Below are positions 58,758 through 64,000 of a DNA stretch of 64,000 nucleotides, one piece after another. The stretch is from positions 128,001 to 192,000 of the forward strand of contig JAFATB010000019.1 in assembly GCA_019244185.1 (NCBI GenBank). The letters run 5' to 3'. Origin of the DNA: Acidobacteriota bacterium. Lineage in GTDB: Bacteria > Acidobacteriota > Thermoanaerobaculia > Gp7-AA8. The notes beneath the pieces were generated by a model, which was not told the origin of the DNA, did not search any database, and saw only the letters and a program-made list of their open reading frames with translations. A program made the position numbers and the translations under genes. Every line of letters starts with the position of its first letter. Position 1 is the stretch's first letter.

Positions 58758-59675
58758 ATGCAGCAGACCGCGCTCGCTTTTCATGATGCCGAGGACTTCC
58801 TCCGCGGCGTCTCTCCGCTCCGCGAGCTCGGCGCGTACGAGTGGCTCTGGTCGCAACCGGGAGCGACCTTCAAGACGCTCGCGAACAAGTTCCGCGCACA
58901 ACCGGAGAAGCGTCCCTCCGACTTCGTTCCGGCGGAGATCGCGGACGCCACCGCCGCCGAGGTGCAACACATCCTCGCCGCACGCGGCGTCCCGCACTTC
59001 GGCGTGCAGCTCCGTCAGAGTTACGAGTGCCCGCAGGCACTCCGCGACACCCGGCACCCGCTGGAGATGCTCTACTACCTGGGCACCTGGAACTTCATCG
59101 AGTCGGATGCCGTCGCCGTCGTCGGCACCCGGAAGGCATCCCCCGATGCGCTCGCGGAAACGGACGCCCTCGTGCGCGCGCTCGTCGCCGAAGATTGGAC
59201 CATCGTCTCCGGCCTCGCGGAGGGCATCGACACGCAGGCCCACACCTCCGCGATCGATGCCTCCGGCCGCACCATCGCGGTGATCGGCACGCCCATCTCC
59301 GAGATCTACCCGCGCGCGAACGCGGAGCTGCATGCGCGCATCGCACGCGACTTCCTCGTCGTGAGCCAAGTCCCCGTGCTCCGCTCCTCGCAGCAGTCGT
59401 GGATGCAGAACCGCGCCTTCTTCCGCGAGCGGAACATCACCATGGCCGCGCTCACGCAGGCGAGCATCATCGTGGAAGCCGGCGAGATGTCGGGCGCTCG
59501 CATCCTCGCGCGCGCTGCGGTGGAACTCGGCCACCCGCTCTTCATCCTCGATCGCTGCTTCCGCGACCCCGCGGCCCGCTGGTCGCACGCCTTCGTCGAG
59601 GAGCACGGTGCCGTCCGCGTCCGCGACCACGCCGAGGTGCTGGAGGCCCTCCGGGGTGTTCATCGCAGTCGATGA
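58758..59675 (+). CDS. DprA/SMF (SLOG) protein, island type
   Basis: VAVVGTR, VSGLAEGID, TIAVIGT, FRERN, IVEAGEMSG; no C-terminal winged helix; in-frame upstream ATG at 58503 possible. Confidence 0.88.
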   Translation: MQQTALAFHDAEDFLRGVSPLRELGAYEWLWSQPGATFKTLANKFRAQPEKRPSDFVPAEIADATAAEVQHILAARGVPHFGVQLRQSYECPQALRDTRHPLEMLYYLGTWNFIESDAVAVVGTRKASPDALAETDALVRALVAEDWTIVSGLAEGIDTQAHTSAIDASGRTIAVIGTPISEIYPRANAELHARIARDFLVVSQVPVLRSSQQSWMQNRAFFRERNITMAALTQASIIVEAGEMSGARILARAAVELGHPLFILDRCFRDPAARWSHAFVEEHGAVRVRDHAEVLEALRGVHRSR

Positions 59676-60282
59676 TCTCCTCCGCCCGCTCTACCCACAT
59701 CTCACCGCCGCCGACCAGTGCTACTTCCTGCGCGAGTACACGGCGGGTCGCGGCTATGCCGGCAGTGAGACAAACCAGCTCATCCTGAACCTGAAGAAGC
59801 CGCCCGACCGGCGTGGCACGCCGGAGTGGCGCTACAAGGAGCGCGCGATCCAGCAGATCGCCCGCGAGTTTCGGGAGTCCGTGAATCTCGCGGCGCTCCG
59901 CCGCATCACGCTCGTCCCCATGCCGCCATCGAAGGCCAAAGGGGATCCGCTGTACGACGACCGCATGCTCCGGGTGCTCCGCGCGGTCGACGTCGAAGGC
60001 CAGCTCGACATCCGCGAGCTGCTCCTCGCCGTCGAGAGCATGACGGCCGCGCATGCGACCGAGAGACGGCCCACCGTCGATCAGCTCATGGCGAACTTCG
60101 TCGTCGACGACGCCCTCGCTGTTCCTCTGCCCCGTACCATTGCGCTCGTCGATGACGTACTCACGACCGGCGCGCACTTCGTCGCGGCGAAGGAGGTGCT
60201 CACCGTGCGTTTCCCAAGCGTCCCCGTCCGTGGGGTCTACGTCGCGCGGAGGGTGTTCGATGATCCTCCCTCGCGGCCCTAG
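59656..60282 (+). CDS. ComF-like phosphoribosyltransferase
   Basis: GGAGG SD plus GTG overlapping dprA; LVPMPPS, PRPP-binding LVDDVLTTGAH. Confidence 0.85.
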   Translation: MFIAVDDLLRPLYPHLTAADQCYFLREYTAGRGYAGSETNQLILNLKKPPDRRGTPEWRYKERAIQQIAREFRESVNLAALRRITLVPMPPSKAKGDPLYDDRMLRVLRAVDVEGQLDIRELLLAVESMTAAHATERRPTVDQLMANFVVDDALAVPLPRTIALVDDVLTTGAHFVAAKEVLTVRFPSVPVRGVYVARRVFDDPPSRP

Positions 60283-60410
60283 CGTCGCGCGCTGGCCATC
60301 ACGTTTTATTCGTCCGTCGTTCTGTGATGCTGCCTGCCATCCCGAGAGGATGGCAGGCATGTTCGCTCTCGTTTCTCGACGCATTGCCCCCACCCGTGTA
60401 TGGTCAGGCC

Positions 60411-60941
60411 ATGAGGCGCTTGCTGCTGTTCTCCATCCTCGCTCTCGCGCTGGCGCTCCCTTCGCGGGGAGTCGCGGCCACTTCATCCGTTCCCCGGGTA
60501 GAGTTCCTCCGCGACCTCGCGCTTGTGCGCGGCTTCGCGCCGTCTCCGGGCGCCACCGCGACTTGCTTCAGCGATGTCGTAGCCACCGATGAGGACGCGA
60601 CATTCCTGTGCACCGCCAAAGCCGGAGCGTGGGTTCGTGGCTATAACGACGGGGCATTCCGTCCGACCGCCCCCGTCACCCGCGCCGAAGCAGCTGTCAT
60701 GATCGCGAACCTCTTCACGACGTGCCCGCTTCGGCACCGAACGACTACCGCGGATATCGCGCATCACGCGGAGCGTGATCGTATCGAGATTGCGCTCTCG
60801 CATGAGTGGCTGATGCAGCGCGGTGGCCGCTTCGAGCCCGCTCAATCGCTCACGCAGAGTGAGGCCCTCCAGGCGCTGTCGCAACTTGCACGGGCGGTCG
60901 CTGACAGCAACCCGGACGCCTCCTCCTGCTACCTCCAGTAA
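60411..60941 (+). CDS. secreted S-layer homology (SLH) domain protein
   Basis: signal peptide, FSDV...GYNDGAFRPTAPVTRAEAA, second repeat FEPAQSLTQSEA. Confidence 0.78.
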   Translation: MRRLLLFSILALALALPSRGVAATSSVPRVEFLRDLALVRGFAPSPGATATCFSDVVATDEDATFLCTAKAGAWVRGYNDGAFRPTAPVTRAEAAVMIANLFTTCPLRHRTTTADIAHHAERDRIEIALSHEWLMQRGGRFEPAQSLTQSEALQALSQLARAVADSNPDASSCYLQ

Positions 60942-60950
60942 CGGTCGACG

Positions 60951-62198
60951 CTATTCCGGCGTCGCCGTTACGTCATCGATTCGGAACCATGTGGCGAACG
61001 CGGCGTCGTTCGATGCTTCGAACCGCAGTTTCACTGACTTTCCCCCGAGTCCGAAGACCCGGACCGCCTGTTCGGCGTACGACAGCGGTACGTCAAATCC
61101 GAGGGGCTTAGTCGGACGTTCATTTGTGAACCGCCCGATTGTCATGAGCTCGCCGCCGGTCGCGGCGTCGATCAGTGCTACGCGCAGTACATCGTAAGGA
61201 TACGCCGCCGTCTCCTCCGTCAGCACGGAGGCGTAGTACCGCACTAGCACACTCGCACTTCCAGCCGGCACGACGAAGGGGCGCGATTCCACCCACTGGA
61301 CGCTGTTTCGCTCCGCGCCGAGGTAAAGATACGCCGCGCTGCCGTTCCTGCCCCACGTCCCTCCGCCACGCAACACAGCGAAATCGGTTCCGCGGTAGTA
61401 CGTGCGAGTCCACGAGCCGTCCGCCGCCGCGTTCGTGGGGGCGAGAATCCTTTCGAAGTTGCCGTTAATCACGAGCGGCGACGTCGACGGGACGTTGTCG
61501 GACACGAACGTCCGGCCGCCCACCATCGCGTCGTCCAAGCTCGGCCGCATCGCGTCGTCAATGCCGTCCCCCTTGCTCTCATAGTCCTGGAACCCGGCCA
61601 AGTCCGTTCGACGCAGACGCAGACGGTTGATCCCTTGCGTGTGCGAGTCTGGGGTGTTACCGGTGCCGAAGACGTGAAAGTGCAGGTGGACGGACCAGGC
61701 GGATTCGGAGTTATTGCCGCTGCCGCCAGCGTTCGCGACGATGTCGCCAGTGTGGACGATCGCGCCCCCTGTCCGATACGCGGGCTTGATGTCCGACAGG
61801 TGCATCAGCACGAGGAGAAACGATTTTCCGTTCGACCCCGGCACCCGGATGTGCAGTTGCCGCCCGCCCATGCCCGTCGTATCCATCTTCGCCGTAACTA
61901 CCGTTCCATCGGCTGGAGCCAGCACGTCGAAGTTCTTCGCGGCGCCCGTCGCGTCGCGCTGCACGATGTCTAGCGCGTACGTGTTCTCCCACTGCGTATT
62001 GCTGGGATCGACCGACCGCTGCCCGGCGACGTTGTGCGACGTCGCCCCATGATTGCCCTGCGTGATGATCGCGGATCCCTGCCACGGCGCGTGGAGCAGC
62101 GGCTGATCGGAGGATGTCTGCACGGGCGTCTGTGCGGATGCTGCTGCGGCAACGACGAGCACAATGGCGCCTACCGCCATTCTGTTGAGACGGGTCAT
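60951..62198 (-). CDS. secreted M23-family peptidase with C-terminal jelly-roll-like domain
   Basis: signal peptide, TQGNHG..SH, YALDI, APADG, HLHF; INGNFE domain start. Confidence 0.75.
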   Translation of the reverse strand: MTRLNRMAVGAIVLVVAAAASAQTPVQTSSDQPLLHAPWQGSAIITQGNHGATSHNVAGQRSVDPSNTQWENTYALDIVQRDATGAAKNFDVLAPADGTVVTAKMDTTGMGGRQLHIRVPGSNGKSFLLVLMHLSDIKPAYRTGGAIVHTGDIVANAGGSGNNSESAWSVHLHFHVFGTGNTPDSHTQGINRLRLRRTDLAGFQDYESKGDGIDDAMRPSLDDAMVGGRTFVSDNVPSTSPLVINGNFERILAPTNAAADGSWTRTYYRGTDFAVLRGGGTWGRNGSAAYLYLGAERNSVQWVESRPFVVPAGSASVLVRYYASVLTEETAAYPYDVLRVALIDAATGGELMTIGRFTNERPTKPLGFDVPLSYAEQAVRVFGLGGKSVKLRFEASNDAAFATWFRIDDVTATPE

Positions 62199-62377
62199 CG
62201 AGGTCTCCTGCGCGGTTATTTTGAGTTATCAACCACAGAACGGCAGGATGTGTTCCTCCAGCTAGAGCCAATGGTTACGCCTCCACTTCGACCGGCTCCG
62301 CGTTGCGCCGCCCCGTCCGCGTGACAGTTCCACCTGCGCCGCGCTTGAGCGCTCGCGGCTGAAAGGAACTGCTTACG

Positions 62378-62808
62378 ATGACTACAACTGTTACTGCTCT
62401 TTCGCTGTCGCCTCCGGAGAAGCGACAGGCGTTTTCCCGTCTACGCCTCACCGCCTGCGCCTTTTCGGCGCCGCGGTCGGAGGTGTCCTCATCACGGCCT
62501 GTGGCCAGACGCCAGGCACTGACACCGGACGGCTGTATGTCTTCAGTCTCACTCCGAGCATCATCACGCTTTGTCTCCTCGGAGCGCTGTTCGTCCTCGT
62601 CGGCGTCGCCGCCGGCACCCTCGGCGCGCTCCACGTTCTGCGGAATGCGGATACGACGATCGTTCGGCATCAGCGATCCGTGCTCACACGGGTCTTCCAA
62701 GCGTCGCAGCAGCTGCAACTCGCCGTCGAGGAGAGCGTCGCCGAGGCCCACCGCCGCGTCGACGCGCTCCGCGCGCAGCTTGCGCGCATGCAGGAGACGA
62801 CGCGATGA
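62378..62808 (+). pseudogene. frameshifted (or non-canonically initiated) lipoprotein/membrane coiled-coil gene
   Basis: SD plus ATG at 62378 lie in one frame; the protein-like body (LITAC lipobox, TM, coiled coil) lies in the -1 frame and ends in ATGA coupling at 62805-62808. Confidence 0.55.
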
Positions 62809-63119
62809 CCCGCAAGGCATCTACCGCCCTCGTTACTCGCACTACCGCTGATCTCGTGCCGGCGCGCGCCCTCGACACCTCCGTCACCGCTGCCGCGCAA
62901 CGCGTGATCGGCGCAGCCGGCGACGGGTCGCTCCGCCCGCGCCACGCGAAGCAACTCCGCAAGATCATGGAGGAGGTCGCGCCCGTGGTCGACAACTTCG
63001 TTCGCATCGCGGAGCGTGGCAATCAGCTCGCGCGATCGAGCGCACAACTCGCGCACGACGTCGAGCAACTCGCGACCGCCGTCGACGACTTTGCGACCAA
63101 GCGCGCTGAAACGCGGTGA
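62805..63119 (+). CDS. hypothetical helical protein (MTRKAST...)
   Basis: ATGA coupling upstream and GTGA coupling downstream. Confidence 0.65.
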   Translation: MTRKASTALVTRTTADLVPARALDTSVTAAAQRVIGAAGDGSLRPRHAKQLRKIMEEVAPVVDNFVRIAERGNQLARSSAQLAHDVEQLATAVDDFATKRAETR

Positions 63120-63682
63120 AGGTCGCCGAGGCGAACGCGCGCGCGGAGAAGGCCAAGGAGATCGCTCGCGAGCAAGCCAACGTCCAACTCCTGACCGCGA
63201 AGGTGCAATCCGCTGAACTCAAGGCGCGTCTCGATGCGCTCGAAGCGCCGCGGAAAGAGGCGGCGAGACAGGCGAAGGCGGGGCCGGCCACGAGACCGTT
63301 GCCCGTCGATCGCGTGCAAGCTGCTCTCGACGCCAAGGCGGACGCTGCGCGGAAGAAGAATGAAAGCGACGCCGCGCGCATCGTTCGCGACGTGCAGATC
63401 GGCGCCGTCGCCGCCGACGAGCAGCACCCGTACGACGGCTACGCGGGCTGCATCTACCTCGCGGCGAAGCTCGACGATGGCCTGACGAGCGCGGAGGCCG
63501 CGGATCGCACGCGCGAAGCCGTGCTCGCGATGATGCTCGGCACCGACGTCTCGCCCGAGCAGGTCGCGCTCTACTACACGGCGTATGAGGCGCTGAAGGA
63601 GCGCGCGGCGGCTGCCGCCAAGCGCAGCGAAGCCACGGAGCTCTTCGCCGCCGCCGAGGCCCTCACCGGAGGTGTGCAGTGA
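63116..63682 (+). CDS. hypothetical coiled-coil protein
   Basis: GTGA coupling at both ends; Ala/Glu/Lys-rich. Confidence 0.7.
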   Translation: MKVAEANARAEKAKEIAREQANVQLLTAKVQSAELKARLDALEAPRKEAARQAKAGPATRPLPVDRVQAALDAKADAARKKNESDAARIVRDVQIGAVAADEQHPYDGYAGCIYLAAKLDDGLTSAEAADRTREAVLAMMLGTDVSPEQVALYYTAYEALKERAAAAAKRSEATELFAAAEALTGGVQ

Positions 63683-64000
63683 GCCGGCAACGTCGAACGG
63701 TGCGCCGCCACGTGACCGAGCCCGTGATCGTCCTCGGCACCGAGATAGGGACCGGGAAGGTGTACGCGCTCCGCCACGCCGCCTTCCAGCGCGGCGTCCA
63801 CATCCTCGGCGCGATCGGAGCCGGCAAGACCTCGCTCCTGCTCCGCCTCCTCTACGGTATCGGCACGCGGTACCCGTGGGTGCTCCACGACTTCATCGGC
63901 ACCGGCCATCGCCGGTTGCAAGCGTGGGTCGCGTACCTCGCCACCACCTTCGCGCTCGCAGAACGTTGGTGCCCCGATATGACCGGGAGCACGGCGCGCT
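63679..64000 (+). CDS. P-loop ATPase, HerA/FtsK/VirD4-like (partial, runs off the window)
   Basis: GGAGG SD plus GTG; IVLG...RGVHILGAIGAGKTS Walker A, then VLHDFIG; not in the ORF track. Confidence 0.75.
   Translation, partial: MSRQRRTVRRHVTEPVIVLGTEIGTGKVYALRHAAFQRGVHILGAIGAGKTSLLLRLLYGIGTRYPWVLHDFIGTGHRRLQAWVAYLATTFALAERWCPDMTGSTAR

Larger units (their letters stand above)
56820..64000. mobile_element. integrative element / genomic island at tRNA-Pro (right end outside the window)
   Basis: xis-like gene and tyrosine integrase directly after the tRNA, defence-like cargo, less biased codon usage, P-loop ATPase operon. Confidence 0.8.

Overview
High-GC bacterial chromosome segment, probably Acidobacteriota (Thermoanaerobaculia-like; inferred from gene content and protein style, not checked by search). 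Positions 1-56.8 kb are mostly core genome: moaA, ssrA (tmRNA), nadC, cysK, purE/purD, purN/purM, pyrF, a fabH-like synthase, hslO, speA, maeB, lolA-tgt-yajC-secD-secF, two ECF sigma loci, a two-component pair and many secreted hypothetical proteins. After tRNA-Pro(GGG) at 56.8 kb an integrative element begins and runs off the window. It carries xis, a tyrosine integrase, a DprA+PRTase (ShosTA-like) pair, SLH and M23 cargo genes, and a coupled operon ending in a P-loop ATPase. Main observations: (1) an unannotated Cys-rich leader peptide with complete 1:2 / 2:3 / 3:4 attenuator helices upstream of cysK; (2) a shared basic C-terminal motif, R[RH]Rx[VI]R(H)-stop, on three unrelated secreted proteins, which is a candidate sorting signal; (3) two families of dispersed hairpin repeats, one showing covariation; (4) sigma54-type promoters on a c-di-GMP/Hpt pair; (5) a PolX with substituted catalytic residues; (6) a GHMP-kinase fusion; (7) a hidden frameshifted gene in the island. 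All calls come from reading motifs by eye; no searches were run.
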